From Macrostomum hystrix (Eukaryota > Animalia > Platyhelminthes), in the NCBI GenBank assembly GCA_950097015.1, contig CATNEN010000001.1:2418001-2482000 (forward strand): a DNA stretch of 64,000 nucleotides. Direction: 5' to 3'. The position numbers and the translations under genes were made by a program. The notes beneath the pieces are model-generated. The model made no database searches. It was given only the letters and a program-made list of their open reading frames with translations, and was not told where the DNA came from. Of this stretch, positions 35,011-48,364 are shown piece after piece (the first letter of the stretch is position 1; each line of letters opens with the position of its first letter).

Positions 35011-36671
35011 CACAAAATATCAGCTTCTAAAAATTAATTTAACAAAAAGCTTTTCTGTTTTTAAAAGATAATTCTAACGAGACAATTCTTCATTTCAAAA
35101 TGTTGCTCTAGTATCATAAGCTGCAGGTTTTCAATCAAATTGATCCGTTGAATCCCATGCATTAGAAAGTGCTTGAAAAGCTAATCCGTAACCAGCGGAT
35201 TAACTGTGGCCCGCAGCAGCAATGTGGCAGCAATGTTACTCAAGTATTTGATGCACAGGAGTGAGAAGGCACGTCAGCCAGACCCGGGGACAGATGAAAG
35301 ACAAACTTCAGTCCATCCAACCAGCGATGGGCCCTACTGCTAATAATCTTGACTATGATAAAAGATTCTCATCAGGCCGAAATCTCAGTAAATCCTCTTG
35401 GGATTTTGAGCCGTGCAGCGGTCGGCTATAGCTAATATGGCATAGCAACTATAGCTGTCTGGAACGCGACCATTGGGGAGGTGTGAGGCGTGGTGACAAA
35501 TCACGCCTTTGTGAACACGGCATGCAGCGAAGTGGATTAGAAAACTGCGAAGATAGAGGCTTAACTTATAGACTGTTAATTAAGCTCTCGTCTTAAATCT
35601 CAGGTGCTCTGAGATTAATTACTTCTAACGCGTAGACGCGTACGCGTACTTCTAAGCGGTGCACTGATTTGCAAGTATTAAAACTCGTTCTGCTCGATTT
35701 AGAGCTAACCTAAAACCTAATCTCGTTTTACTATTTTATACGGTTACTGCTGAGTGTGCTCTCCTCTCTCCTTGCTCTTCACTTTTACACTTCACTTTCC
35801 CTCTAATGACCCGGCTGAACTGCTTTCACTGCTCTGCTCCCTCCATCAATGTAGTTACCTTTAATCAAACTTACCTTACCATCTTTTTCGTTCGCTCTCC
35901 TCTCCCGCAAATACATTGTCACTTCTACACTCTATATCCTCTCTCCTATCTTATCTCCCATTCTTTCCCATCTCTCATCTCTCATCTCCCATATCTCATC
36001 TCCCATCTCTTCCATCTCCTATCTCCCATCTCTCATCTCCGTTCTCTCCAATTTCTCATCTCCTTCCCTCAATTAGTTTCTGCAAATCCCCAATCCACTG
36101 CAGTCTCCAGTCTCAAACAGGTTTAAAAAAGCTGAAAGAATCGTGCCTCAGTTGAACAGAATCAGCTAAAACTTTGCCTCCAGTTGTTCTTCCTGATTCT
36201 CCTAATTAGGAGGACTTCAAAGGCAGTGAAAATGCAGCATGGCTTTTTACGAATTATTTTCTTATACGATTTGGTCCGCCATTCGAAAATGTAGCTGCTT
36301 TCATAGAAATAATACAGCATGCTCTTCCCTGTATTTTTTGCTCCAGAAGAAACAGAATTTCTGTTGAAAAAAAATCGACGCGTCTGTTGAGCGGACCGCG
36401 GAAAAGAGGAAATTATTCCAAGGCTCTTTGAAGGTAGCCTTTGAGCAGTAAACATCTGCTCAGAATTGGCCAGGCATCAGGTGACGTTTCGCAATGTTCC
36501 GCGCTTAAAGATGAGCAGAATTTAAGCTACATTTTTAGAAAATAATATCATACCTTAGTTGTCTGTGCGAGATTTTTGGCAGGATCCCAGGCTGAATTCA
36601 CTGCTAAAAGCTTATATGCTTTTGGCCCCGGAATAAATTATGTTTCGAACTATAATGATTATAGGCGTACA

Positions 36672-37270
36672 AGATGTGAAGGTTCAGTGGTACGTGATCT
36701 GAAGGTTCAGTGGTACATGATCTGAAGGTTCAGTGGTACATGATCTGAAGGTTCAAATGTAATTGATCTGAAGGTTCAAATGTACTTAATCTGAAGGTTC
36801 ATAGGTACATGATCTGAAGGTTCAAATGTACTTAATCTGAAGGTTCATAGGCACATGATCCGAAGGTTTAAATGTACTTGATCTGAAGGTTTAAATGTAC
36901 TTGATCTGAAGGTTTAAATGTACTTGATCTAAAGGTTTAAATGTACTTAATCTGATGGTTCATAGGCACATGATCTGAAGGTTTAAATGTACTTGATCTG
37001 AAGGTTCATAGGCACATGATCTGAAGGTTTAAATGTACTTGATCTGAAGGTTCATAGGCACATGATCTGAGGGTTTAAATGTACTTGATCTGAAGGTTCA
37101 TAGGCACATGATCTGAAGGTTTAAATGTACTTGATCTGAAGGTTCATAGGCACATGATCTGAAGGTTTAAATGTACTTGATCTGATTTTTTCAAACGCTC
37201 ACATTCTGAAGGTTCGGTTCGGGGATACGTGATCTGAGGGTTCAGAGAAACAGGTTCTGAAATTTCAGCA
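36672..37270 (+). repeat. 23-bp minisatellite (GATCTGAAGGTT+11 nt) with an alternating 46-bp dimer section
   Basis: GATCTGAAGGTTTAAATGTACTT alternates with GATCTGAAGGTTCATAGGCACAT at about 36950-37185. Confidence 0.93.
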
Positions 37271-38032
37271 GTTTTTTATCTGAATTTTTTCGATTCTGCT
37301 ATACTGAAGTTTCAGCATCTGAAGTTTAAAAAATTAAATAATCCTACAGAGAATTGATGAAAATGTCTGTGTTCTGAAGTTAGCTGTCATAGCTGTGTTT
37401 TATAATAATTTCTACTAGTAGTTCTATACTGCCGATCTTCTGATCTGATATAAAAACATGAAAGTTCTGTAAAACAACGACTAGAAGAAACAATACAAAT
37501 TGTACTTGTATATAGCACTACTATTATTCCTTCGTATTCATTCGCTATCTCAAAGTAGTCATTCATGCTAGTCAATTTTCTAGCTGAGTTAGTTTCTACC
37601 TAAGAATTACTGTCTACTCTCCCCATTCCTCGCTGAGGGCGGAACAGCCAATCATAGATCAGCTGGTCCTTAGTCTCACAGTCCGACATTGCTATAAGCC
37701 CGAAGCCAGTCCATCATTAACGGTGCATCTGTCAGTCACGCCCCAGGTTTATTTCCTATCCTTAACCGCCCCAGGAAGTGAATCGACCAACCAACCCATA
37801 AGCGGGAGCCTTTACTTTGCCGAGGTCCCACACGTTACCTGTCCGGTTATAGCTCGACTTGGCCAACCACCCCCCTCCGGCGATCGAGACTCAAACCCAG
37901 ACCGAAGCCTCGGCGCTCATCAAACAAAGCAGGCACTCGCAGCAAAACTGCAGATTCAAAAATAGCTTTAATAAAAGATTTTTGACAAACGCGAGAGGTG
38001 TGTAAATTATTTAGCGTCGTGCTGCTGCTCAC

Positions 38033-38851
38033 ATGCCCACCGGTGGACAACGCGTGGCCCCGATTTTCACAGTTTCAACATCCTCTCCGCTTGGACATCA
38101 CAGCAGCAACAACAGCAACAATACAGGCAGTGCAACAACGTTGAATTCCTCGCAGCAATTGTTGCACGCGCATCAGATGACTTCAACATCCGGTGTAGCG
38201 GCCGGAGGTGGAGGCGGCATCGTTGTCGGCGGCGGTGGCGTTAATCCGTCGTCTGGTCAAGCGATTCGCGAGGAGGCCAGCGCCACCTCGGTCAAGAATG
38301 TGCACATGCTGCAGCTGGAGCTTCGTCATAGTCGCCGTCCGCCATCTAAGGGACCAGACCACATCAAGGTGCTGATCTCTGGTGCAGTTCTGGCCCTTCA
38401 AGGCTCTCTGTGCCTAGCCGGCGAAGTCACCAACCTGTGCTCGCCATGCACCAGGCTGAAGCTCGGCATCGGGCTAGTCAACGGCTTCCTGGATCTGTTT
38501 CTGGCTTTGCACTGCCTCCTGGGGCATCGGCTGCCGGGAATCGGCGGCAGCTGCGCCAAGTCGGTGCTGATCTCTTCGGTTGCGTCTGTGTTCCTGAATG
38601 CGGCTAGCTTCATTCTGTTCTACGCCACAGCCGGTTGGAACCTCGCCAGCTGCAACTCGGACGTTGTGGCCGTTCTCGGAGTGGTCGTCATCTCAAATCT
38701 CTGCTTGGGAATTCCGTCCGCGTTCCTAGCAGGCTATATAACTCGTCACAATGCCGCAATGAGCGGCTGCGGCGGCGGCGGTGGCGGCGGCGTTGTCGGC
38801 GAAGGCGGCGGCCCTGTCAGCAGTGGTGGCTATCGAGGACATCGTCGATAA
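38033..38851 (+). CDS. Single-exon four-transmembrane protein, MS4A/CD20-like, 272 aa
   Basis: GC-rich open frame in an AT-rich context; low-complexity N- and C-termini around four hydrophobic segments; AATAAA just after the stop. The family assignment rests on topology only. Confidence 0.65.
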   Translation: MPTGGQRVAPIFTVSTSSPLGHHSSNNSNNTGSATTLNSSQQLLHAHQMTSTSGVAAGGGGGIVVGGGGVNPSSGQAIREEASATSVKNVHMLQLELRHSRRPPSKGPDHIKVLISGAVLALQGSLCLAGEVTNLCSPCTRLKLGIGLVNGFLDLFLALHCLLGHRLPGIGGSCAKSVLISSVASVFLNAASFILFYATAGWNLASCNSDVVAVLGVVVISNLCLGIPSAFLAGYITRHNAAMSGCGGGGGGGVVGEGGGPVSSGGYRGHRR

Positions 38852-40239
38852 AGTTTAATAAACTACAGTTACCATCACACACTATATGAATTATTGTATA
38901 GTCCAATGTTATATCTGTGCAATAAGTTTGTAAAACTTTGGTCATAGCAAACCCCTTATATTAGATTAACAGCTCATAGATCCAGTAGAGACGTTTTTGA
39001 AAATCAGCTTTCTATACAAAGCTATATATATCTATATATAAATATTTTTTATCTATATTGGTGGATGTACTGAAGAAGGCTTTAAAGTATACTAGTACGA
39101 GTGTAAATGAGTCTGCATAGCGGCCACTGCTTGTGACAACTGGACCGTGCAGTTGAATCTTTCTTCTCAGTTCTGTCAATTCGTATTTGTTTTATACTTT
39201 GTTATATTAACTTATTATAAAAATCGATAAAATGTCCCGTTCAAAGTCTCTAAAACTGACGGGATAGCACTTATACTTATTATTATAATGCTCAAAAACT
39301 GATAACTGTTCAGATTGCGTTAAAACCTTGATAGATATCAGAAGGCTATGAAATAAAGAAAGTTAATGTAAGTACACTTAAACTTTATGAATGGGGTGGG
39401 GTGAGTAATTTGAATGTACATTATCACCTGATATCTTATATCAGCCAATGTAGGATTGTACATTCGTGAGAATATATAATTGTGTCAACCAAAAAAGTAA
39501 ATCTTTGTTATTGTCGTTTGTTTTTTTAGACGCTGATTTTCGCTAAGAAATTCAATTTCTCAGATACAAAATTTAACCCGTGAGCGTGAGTAATTGTATT
39601 TTATGTTTAAAAAATACACCCTCCAGAATATATTTTGCGTGTAAATCTCTGACAGTTCAAGAAAGGAAATTGTGTTCAGAATCACAAATCACCACTTCTG
39701 TTCTGTTCTGTCTTGCCGTTTTATTTATTAATAGAACATTATCTAACTATCCTCTTTTGTCTATCAGAAATAATTAATCTCCCTTCTCAGTCAGCAATTG
39801 TGTTTTAATTCTTCTTTGCTAAAGATAATCTCATTGGTTGATAAATTACTTTTTTTCCAAAGACAATAGGCGAGAAAAATGGTTGCAAATTTACGGATTA
39901 GTGTATTAATTAAACGAACCGAAAAATTAGATTTGGCAAACCATCTGCTAAGACCGATGAAACTGAGGATTATTTTTAAGAGCCGACAAGACAGTCACTT
40001 AAGCTGTTCTCTCGAATAGATAGGCTAAAGAGGCTTGGGGAGGTATTTCATATAGTTACTTTTTATTTCCTCAGGAGAATTCAGGAAACAGCTTAACTTT
40101 TTTCGATCTATCCGATGAAACAACGTTCGTCTAGAATCACGGAACATTGTCGAAATATTCAACGATACTCGTTGGATGTCTGGTGGTAAAAACCATGCAT
40201 CTATGTCGGCTACGAGAATTATTGTTGCTTATAATAATT

Positions 40240-40544
40240 AATAAATAATAATAATTGATTACACCTGTCCCAATTGAGCCAGATGTGCAGCCGACAGCAC
40301 AGCCGCAGCTATTGCGCGGCGCATCTGAAGGCTGCGTACGGTGTTCAGTCCATGGACTGGGGGAAGCCACGTTCACCATCAATTACTCCAACTAATGCTG
40401 ATACCCATTTTACAGCTAGGTGAACTGAAGCAATGTAGATTTAAGTGCCTTGCTTAAGGACACAAATTGTAACAGGAGTTAGGAATCGAACCCCCGACCT
40501 TCAAGTCGTGAGTCCGACGCTCTAACCGCTAGGCTACAACCCCT
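40240..40544 (-). mobile_element. SINE family A, full-length copy
   Basis: Reverse complement of the 19444-19730 element, including the A/B boxes and tail. Confidence 0.88.
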
Positions 40545-41149
40545 CCTTCCTGTTGCTTATATTTTAGTAATAAATTTGTCCATTTTAAAAAACTAATTTA
40601 TGATTCCGCCATAGAGTTTTATACAGAGAAATATTCAGAGTTATGTACTGAATATCTCGACGATGCTGACTCGGATGGCTTTGAAAGTTAGTTCATCGTA
40701 AAATTTGGACAAAAAATTATCTATATGGTGAACATTTACGAAAAGTAGGCAGTGTGTAATTGATTTACCACAGTAGGTCTTTTCACAGGGAGAATTAAAG
40801 CTTGGTATGTTAAAGAAACTAGTTTGAAGGGAATTTATCTGATCTAATCAATTGATGTACACTTACCTGTACTCATAGCAGAGCAGAATAAGGATGTTCT
40901 GCAGCTCGTTTAGTGAGAGTACTGTAACACTTTTAGGGCGTTACCCATCAGAAAGCTCTCAAATGCGTATGACTGCCCTAAAACTCCGCCGTGTCTGGCA
41001 TTCTATCCTTGCTTCTCTCTACCACAGCCTGATGAACTGTGCAGTCTCTTGATGTCTTAAATAAACCATTTCTCATATTCTGCAGCCAGTCATGTTATCA
41101 GAGAGTTCTCGACATGTGTTGTAGGTTAAAGTGAGAATATGTTATATTA

Positions 41150-42832
41150 AATCCTGATTCACTAAAATCCTGTTTCACTAGAATCCTGATTCACAAAAAT
41201 CGTGATTCACTAAAATCCTGATCACTAAAATCGTGATTCATTAAAATCCTAATTCACTAAAATCGTGATTCATTAAAATTGTGATTTATTCAAATCCTGA
41301 TTCACTAAAATCGTGATTCATTAAAATCGTAATTCACTAAAATCCTGATTCACTGAAATCCCGATTCACTAAAATCGTGATTCACTGAAATCCCGATTCA
41401 CTAAAATCGTGATTCACTGAAATCCCGATTCACTAAAATCGTGATTCACTAAAATCCTGTTTCACTATAATCCTGATTCACTAAAATCCTGTTTCCCTAG
41501 AATCCTGTTTCACTAGAATCCTGATTCACTAAAATCCCGTTTCACTAAAATCCTGTTTCACTAGAATCCTGATTCACTAAAATCCCGATTCACTAAAATC
41601 CTGTTTCACTAGAATCCTGATTCACTAAAATCCCGACTCACTAAAATAATTGTTCACTAAAATCGTGATTCACAAAAATCCCGATTCACTAAAATCCTGT
41701 TTCACTAGAATCCTGATTCACTAAAATCCCGACTCACTAAAATAATTGTTCACTAAAATCGTGATTCACTAAAATCCCGATTCACTAAAATCCTGTTTCA
41801 CTAGAATCCTGATTCACTAAAATCCTGATTCACTGAAATCCCGATTCACTAAAATCGTGATTCACTAAAATCCTGTTTCACTAGAATCCTGATTCACTAA
41901 AATCCTGTTTCACTAGAATGCTGATTCACTAAAATCCCGACTCACTAAAGTACTTGTTCACTAAAATCGTGATTCACTAAAATCCTGTTTCACTATAATC
42001 CTGATTCACTAAAATCCTGTTTCACTAAAATCGTGATTCACTAAAATCCTGTTTCACTAGAATCCTGATTCACTAAAATCCCGACTCACTAAAATACTTG
42101 TTCACTAAAATCGTCATTCACTAAAATCCTGTTTCACTATAATCCTGATTCACTAAAATCCTGTTTCACTAAAATCGTGATTCACTAAAATCCTGTTTCA
42201 CTAGAATCCTGATTCACTAAAATCCCGACTCACTAAAATAATTGTTCACTAAAATCGTGATTCACTAAAATCCCGATTCACTAAAATCCTGTTTCACTAG
42301 AATCCTGATTCACTGAAATCCCGATTCACTAAAATCGTGATTCACTAAAATCCTGTTTCACTAGAATCCAGATTCACTAAAATCCCGACTCACTAAAATA
42401 ATTGTTCACTAAAATCCTGATTCACTAAAATCCCGATTCACTAAAATCCTGTTTCACTAGAATCTTGATTCACTAACATCCCCACTCACAAAAATACTTG
42501 TTCACTAAAATCGTGATTCACTAAAATCGTGATTCACTAAAGTCGTGATTCACTAAAATCCTGATTCACTGAAATCCCGATTCACTAAAATCCTGTTTCA
42601 CTAGAATCCCGATTCACTAAAATCCCGATTCACTAAAATCCTGTTTCACTAGAATCCTGATTCACTTAAATCCTGACTCACTAAAATACTTGTTCACTAA
42701 AATCGTGATTCACTAAAATCCTGTTTCACTAGAATCCTGATTCACTGAAATCCTGTTTCACTAGAATCCTGATTCACTAAAATCCCGACTCACTAAAATA
42801 ATTGTTCACTAAAATCCTGATTCACTTAAATC
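41150..42832 (+). repeat. 16-bp minisatellite (TTCACTAAAATCCTGA), ~105 copies
   Basis: Direct reading; a rare variant block recurs irregularly. Confidence 0.96.
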
Positions 42833-43259
42833 CCCAATTTTTAAAATCCATAATCTCCAATAAACAGACTCACGAAATATTTTTTAACTATTTGACCTTG
42901 CGATGGATGCGATGTTATTGAAATATTTTTACAAGTGAAGGCACCTAAGGCGACTCGCCTTTGGGAAGGTCGCGATGGTCAGAGCCAAAATTAGAGAGAG
43001 AAGTCAACAAGAATCCATAAAAGCAAAACAAGTAAAAATCTGAATGTAAAAAACTTTTCGCTTTGATATGAAGGAACACTTTTATTAACTTTAGTAACGT
43101 TATAAAAGAAAAATTGAAAGATTTAGAAATACAAAGAAACACTACATGAGATTTTTCCTTTGAGCACAAAGCACAGTAAAAGAAGTCGATTTGGAAGTAA
43201 CGGGAGTTTTTTTGGGATTAGCACAAACAATGCGTAAGAATCTGAAGTGCTTGAGGCTA

Positions 43260-44010
43260 TGAGATAGATCGGGTGAGATAGATCGGATAAGATTGATCGG
43301 GTGAGATAGATCGGGTGAGATAGATCGGGTGCAGCACATTGGGTGAGATAGATCGGGTGAGATAGATCGGGTGCAGCACATTGGCTTAGATAGATCGGGT
43401 GAGATAGATCGGGTGAGAAAGATCGGGTGAGAAAGATCGGGTGAGATAGATCGGGTGCAGCACATCGGGTGAGAAAGATCGGTTGAGATAGATCGGGTGA
43501 GAAAGATCGGGTGAGAAAGATCGGGTGAGATAGATCGGGTGAGAAAGATCGGGTGAGATATAGATCGGTTGAGATTGATCGGGTGAGATTGATCGGGTGA
43601 GAAAGATCGGGTGAGAAAGATCGGGTGAGATAGATCGGGTGAGATATAGATCGGTTGAGATTGATCGGGTGAGAAAGATCGGGTGAGAAAGATCGGGTGA
43701 GATTGATCGGGTGGGAAAGATCGGGTGAGATAGATCGGGTGAGATAGATCGGGTAAGATAGATTGGGTGAGATACGCTCGTAGATCGGGTGAGATAGATC
43801 GGGTGAGATAGATCGGGTAAGATATATCTGGTGAGAAAGATCGGATGAGATAGATCAGGTGAGAAAGATCAGGTGAGATAGGATCGGGTAAGATTGATCG
43901 GGTGCAACACATCGGGTGAGAAAGATCGGTGATATTGATCGGGTGAGATCGATCAGCTGAAATAGATCGGGTGAGATAGATAGGGTGAGAAAGATCGGGT
44001 GCAGCACATC
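43260..44010 (+). repeat. 14-bp minisatellite (GATCGGGTGAGATA), ~53 copies
   Basis: Direct reading. Confidence 0.95.
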
Positions 44011-44524
44011 GTGTGAAATGTATCGTATCGCATGAAAAGGCATTCATTTTAGGACAGTGCGCGGTGCAATCGTTGTTAACGCACTAAAAAAATCGATTTA
44101 ATGAGTCAAACCTGCTCATCAATACAACATGTGAGATCGATTTCGAAGTGTCGCCTTACTCATTTCCCTTTCCAACACAAAACGGACTCTGCAGTGCTCA
44201 TTGATTCATAGAGCCTACAGCTGCTCTAGTTGCTGGTTAGGTTTAGGCGTGGGGATTGACATCAGTGCAAAGCTGTCAAGCGCTTGCGTCTCTAGTTACA
44301 AAGAATGTGACGAATCCTGACATGAAGGTTCTGTTAGATATTATAAAAATTCCTGAGAATCTATGTTACAATCGTCTATAGATTAAGAGTCGAAACAATG
44401 ATTTGTGTCTAAATAATCTATTTTCTATTGATATATTTAGATCGATTAAGTTGGCAAAGGCTTCTTCCAATCGCTAGGGTTCTTTGAAGGTATCAGTTCT
44501 TAGGTATGTATGCTAATATTAATA

Positions 44525-44750
44525 AAGGCTGTGTACGGCTGTTCAGTCCATGGACTGGGGGGGACGCCACACCCACCCTCAATTACCCCCCAGCTAATGC
44601 TGGTACCCATTTAACAGCTGGGTGAACTGAAGCAATGCAGAGTTAATGTTTCTTGCTAAAGTACACAATTTTTAACGCAGTGGAGTCGGCAATCGAACCT
44701 CCGACCTTCAAGTCGTGAGTCCGACCCTCTAACCGCTAAGCTACAATCCC
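44525..44750 (-). mobile_element. SINE family A, copy lacking the 3' end
   Basis: Head, CORE-like domain and palindrome match the other copies. Confidence 0.85.
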
Positions 44751-45371
44751 TGAAAGGAAAGCATAAACGAGTATAATTATTTTGCAATAAATTATACGCA
44801 ATAATACGAGCTATATAAGCGGCAGCTGTATTATGCGATGTATAGTTTCCACAATTTATGGACCACTAATTGGCACGTGTGTCTGGCAGAAACAGAAAAA
44901 AACTGGCTTCCTTGTCAGCACTCTGTACTTAGTCACCTGGTCGGGGGAAGAAACTAAGACAGACGCTGAGAAAGAGAAAAATGGAATCAAAGTGCATGGC
45001 TACTTTATCTATCAATCTATCTATCGATCGATCTATCTATCTATCCTTCTATCCTATTTATCTGTCCGGTATTGGGAATGCAGTTATAACAATCCTTATA
45101 ATTGCCTCATTCTCACTATGATGGATTCCGAGTTTCCTATCAACGGAAACAACTGGAAAGCCACCTTTGCTACACTAATTAATAGAAGCAATAATAGATT
45201 GCTTATAGTTGTCTTCTAAGTCGCAGCGAATTAGGAAAATGTGGGCAAAAGCAAATACTCACCCTAACTTGTATTGAGTAGCAGATAATTAGGAAATGGA
45301 CATCAGAACTATGAACTCACCTTGCTGCCATATTCTAAATTTAGATTTAGCAAGCCTTCTTCGTTTGCATC

Positions 45372-45481
45372 GGGAGCCTGTAGTCCAAGTGGTTAGACTT
45401 CTGCCCTAGAAGCTAGAGCTTCGGACTTACTATTTGAAGGTCGGGGGTTCGATTCCCGACTCTAGTCCATGGACTGAACAG
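45372..45481 (+). mobile_element. SINE family A, internally deleted copy
   Basis: The tRNA head (GGTCGGGGGTTCGATTCCCG) is joined directly to AGTCCATGGACTGAACAG. Confidence 0.7.
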
Positions 45482-46464
45482 TTAAATCAGAAGTCAGTTA
45501 AGGATTAGGAAAAGCAAAGCTAGTTCAATCTTCAACATTTGCAGATCCTGGGAGATTGAATATTAAAATTATATGAAGGCTGTAAGACTGACTTGTGTGC
45601 GGTCATTGTAAGCTCAGAGAACAAGTAAAAATTATTAGACACGGTAGGTCAAGTAGGCAGGCAGAAATTACTCACACAGGAAGTAATAAATGAATTGACA
45701 GTGATTTTATATTGCCTTTTCGAGAGACACAGGTTTTATTTTCTAGGAAGATACTGATTGGAAAAAAGCTATCAGCTTGGTTGTACTTCTTGCCTGTTGA
45801 TCACAATTGCTGATTGCCGAAGTGAGAAATAAAAAATAACAATTTTGGCCTTATAAAGATCCTGTGTATTCTTATGCTATCAGTCACGGGCCCATAAAAA
45901 TATATATCGCCTACCCAATCCAACCAATCAATTAATCGAGAAAAAAATACATCTATTCAGTACATTGATTCACAATCATACACAAAATAAACTGTTCATT
46001 GATTCTTAATCACACAATTTCTATTTCAGAACAACAGGCTTCTCGTGTTTTAGCGTCCTACTTAAAGTAGTTAGTGCCATTAGATATTAATTAATTAAGA
46101 TATTAGTTAATTCGCAACAATAAATGAAGAATTCAGTAAAACAAATCAACAGTGGCGTGATTTTAATTTCGCTTGGAAGGTCCAGCAATTGTTAAATACG
46201 CTCGGTGCTTCAGTAGCTCGAACTGAGACAGTAAAAAAATATCTTGTCCATTGCTTTATTTCTCTTTTTTAGATGTAAGACAAGCACAAGAAAACCATTG
46301 ATAAACATAACCGCTTTCGTTTAGGCCAAAGTGTCAGAAGAAAATAAAAAGTTTTATTAGAACTAAGCTTACGCGCGCTGGTTCTGGATTTCAGCAACGC
46401 TTTCTCGGCGCAATCATTGACGTCGCGAGTCGTCAGTCTGCATGGCTCAAATCAGATGGTGTTG

Positions 46465-47076
46465 CTATTTCGCTCGGCTCAGCCAGTTAGCCGCCTCCTT
46501 TGGTCGCTTGCTGCCAACTATTGCGATGGGCTTCTGGAGCATGCTGCAGTTGGCAAGCCGCATTGCCTGGCTCAGTCCGCTCGATTCAGCCGAGGAAGCG
46601 GCTAGGAACAGATCGTCAGCTGCCTTGTTCTTCTGATAGAGCAGCTTTTGTAAGAGTCTGTCGGCGTTTGCGAGCGCTGGCTGCGGCTGCTGCTGCGATT
46701 TCCATCGTTGACTGCGACACCTGACTAGCTCGTGATTGCAGTTGTCGCAGTTGCGGTCGCTATTGTAAACCGGGTGTTCCTCTTCCTCCTCTTCATCAGC
46801 AAGCGTTATTCTTGTCCTGCGATGCCGATGCTTCACATAGGATTTGGCGGCTACGTCTGAATCATTTCTACCTGTTGAAGCCAAACTTGAGCTTGGGGCA
46901 GGAGATGCTGACGACATCGCCCGATGGTGCTTTGATGACTCAGAGTGCCGATGACTTGGACAGAAATGCGACAGTGCATTGTATGCTTTCTCCTTGACGT
47001 CCTGAGCGGTGAAATAGGCGCGCTTGTGTCGACTTGTAGTTAGTCGCTGCTTCTGATGGTTGTGTGATTGGTCCAT
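46465..47076 (-). CDS. Uncharacterised low-complexity protein, ~203 aa
   Basis: GC-rich open frame from ATG 47076 with poly-E and poly-Q runs like the other host genes; no recognisable domain. Confidence 0.45.
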   Translation of the reverse strand: MDQSHNHQKQRLTTSRHKRAYFTAQDVKEKAYNALSHFCPSHRHSESSKHHRAMSSASPAPSSSLASTGRNDSDVAAKSYVKHRHRRTRITLADEEEEEEHPVYNSDRNCDNCNHELVRCRSQRWKSQQQPQPALANADRLLQKLLYQKNKAADDLFLAASSAESSGLSQAMRLANCSMLQKPIAIVGSKRPKEAANWLSRAK

Positions 47077-47541
47077 TGTTAATATTTCCGCAACACTTTG
47101 AAACACGAAAGTAAAGTGTCTGACGAGCCGCTTAACTGTCTTCTCTTTAACTGCTTAGCGAGCCTTTGAGAAACGGTGTATAACCTTCGTCAACCTAATT
47201 AAATTAAAAATCTACTGAAGTTACTTTGTTAGATTCCGTTTTCGCATCGTCGGGACTCTGTTTTTAGTCCGTTAAGGCTTCATACATTTTTCCATAGACA
47301 CTCGAGGCAGCCGAATATAAAGTAACGAGTTACCTTGACTAGGGTTAAATTCGAAATATTTATCTTGCTTGTGTGTAGAAATGAAAATCTCGAAGCTTTC
47401 AGAAGTTCGTTGAAGCAATATGTTTTGCAAGATATTTAGAAAAATAACAGAATTTAATATGCTTCCAATAAAGAAGCATCAACATTTTAATATGAAAACG
47501 TGAAATATTCCAATCTCGCTAGTGCATTTTTTGCTTCAAAA

Positions 47542-47753
47542 CAGTAGCGGCGCAGGACCTCCAGCTGGGGGGGGGCGGTGGTTGGGTGGTCACCCCCCTG
47601 AGGTCTCAGGTGACCACCCCCATGCCCCATGAGGTGACCACACTTTTGAAAAAATATGGTAAAGTACCAATTTTTTTTAAGTGGGTGGTCACCCCCTGAG
47701 GGTGGTGAGGGGTGGTCACCCGGGGGCAGCCCGCCCCCCCTGCGCCGCCACTG
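47542..47753. mobile_element. hAT-type MITE family 3 (212 bp)
   Basis: TIR CAGT(A/G)GCGGCGCAGG; 8-bp TSD CTTCAAAA (47534-41, 47754-61); internal GGTGGTCACC subterminal repeats. Confidence 0.9.
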
Positions 47754-48364
47754 CTTCAAAATCTGCCTTTAATAAGTTTTCCAAGAAACGAAGTGTAAGC
47801 GTGTGATTGCCCAGCTTTGATTTTTCCATTCCATTCCCGACCACAAGTTGCTTGTCAGTTAGGTAGCTCTCAGCGTTCCGTGTCTTGAGAGTGCGGTCGG
47901 TCTTCGTGTTTTAAATAGTTTTTTTATTTTATCTGGGACATTGTCGTGAGCGTCCACACCAACTCCTCAACTCGTCATCAACATCCATCACCGCTGCTAC
48001 TATTGAACTAATTGGTAGGACACCGACACCGGTGAGTGGACAATAAGTACCTAGCTTTAAATCTTCTTGATGCTCCAAGTATGTTTGTCTAGAGCCATTT
48101 TTCAAATAATACACTACAATGAGTCGTCCAAAGTGCGGATGTTTGGAAATTTTAAACCTAAAATCAATAAAAAAATCCTTAATCTGAGCATGATTGTCAC
48201 GCTTCGATAGATTAAATTTTTCCTATTTTAAAGGTTTCATACAAGCGTGACTTGCTTGCTATGGGGCAAGATTATTTAAACAAACAGATGCGAATAAATG
48301 ATCAAAATGATTCGTTTACGCCTAGTTTGTTAACATTTCTTTTTCTGCCTCCCGCCTAAGAAAG

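Noticed and set aside
37617-37920. Third SINE family on the minus strand
   Set aside because: Only a degenerate B-box-like string and a single copy; insufficient support.
43142-44047. 301-aa ORF and the similar ORFs at 8851-9451, 15214-15679, 55925-56557 and 59428-60219
   Set aside because: These are translations of minisatellites.
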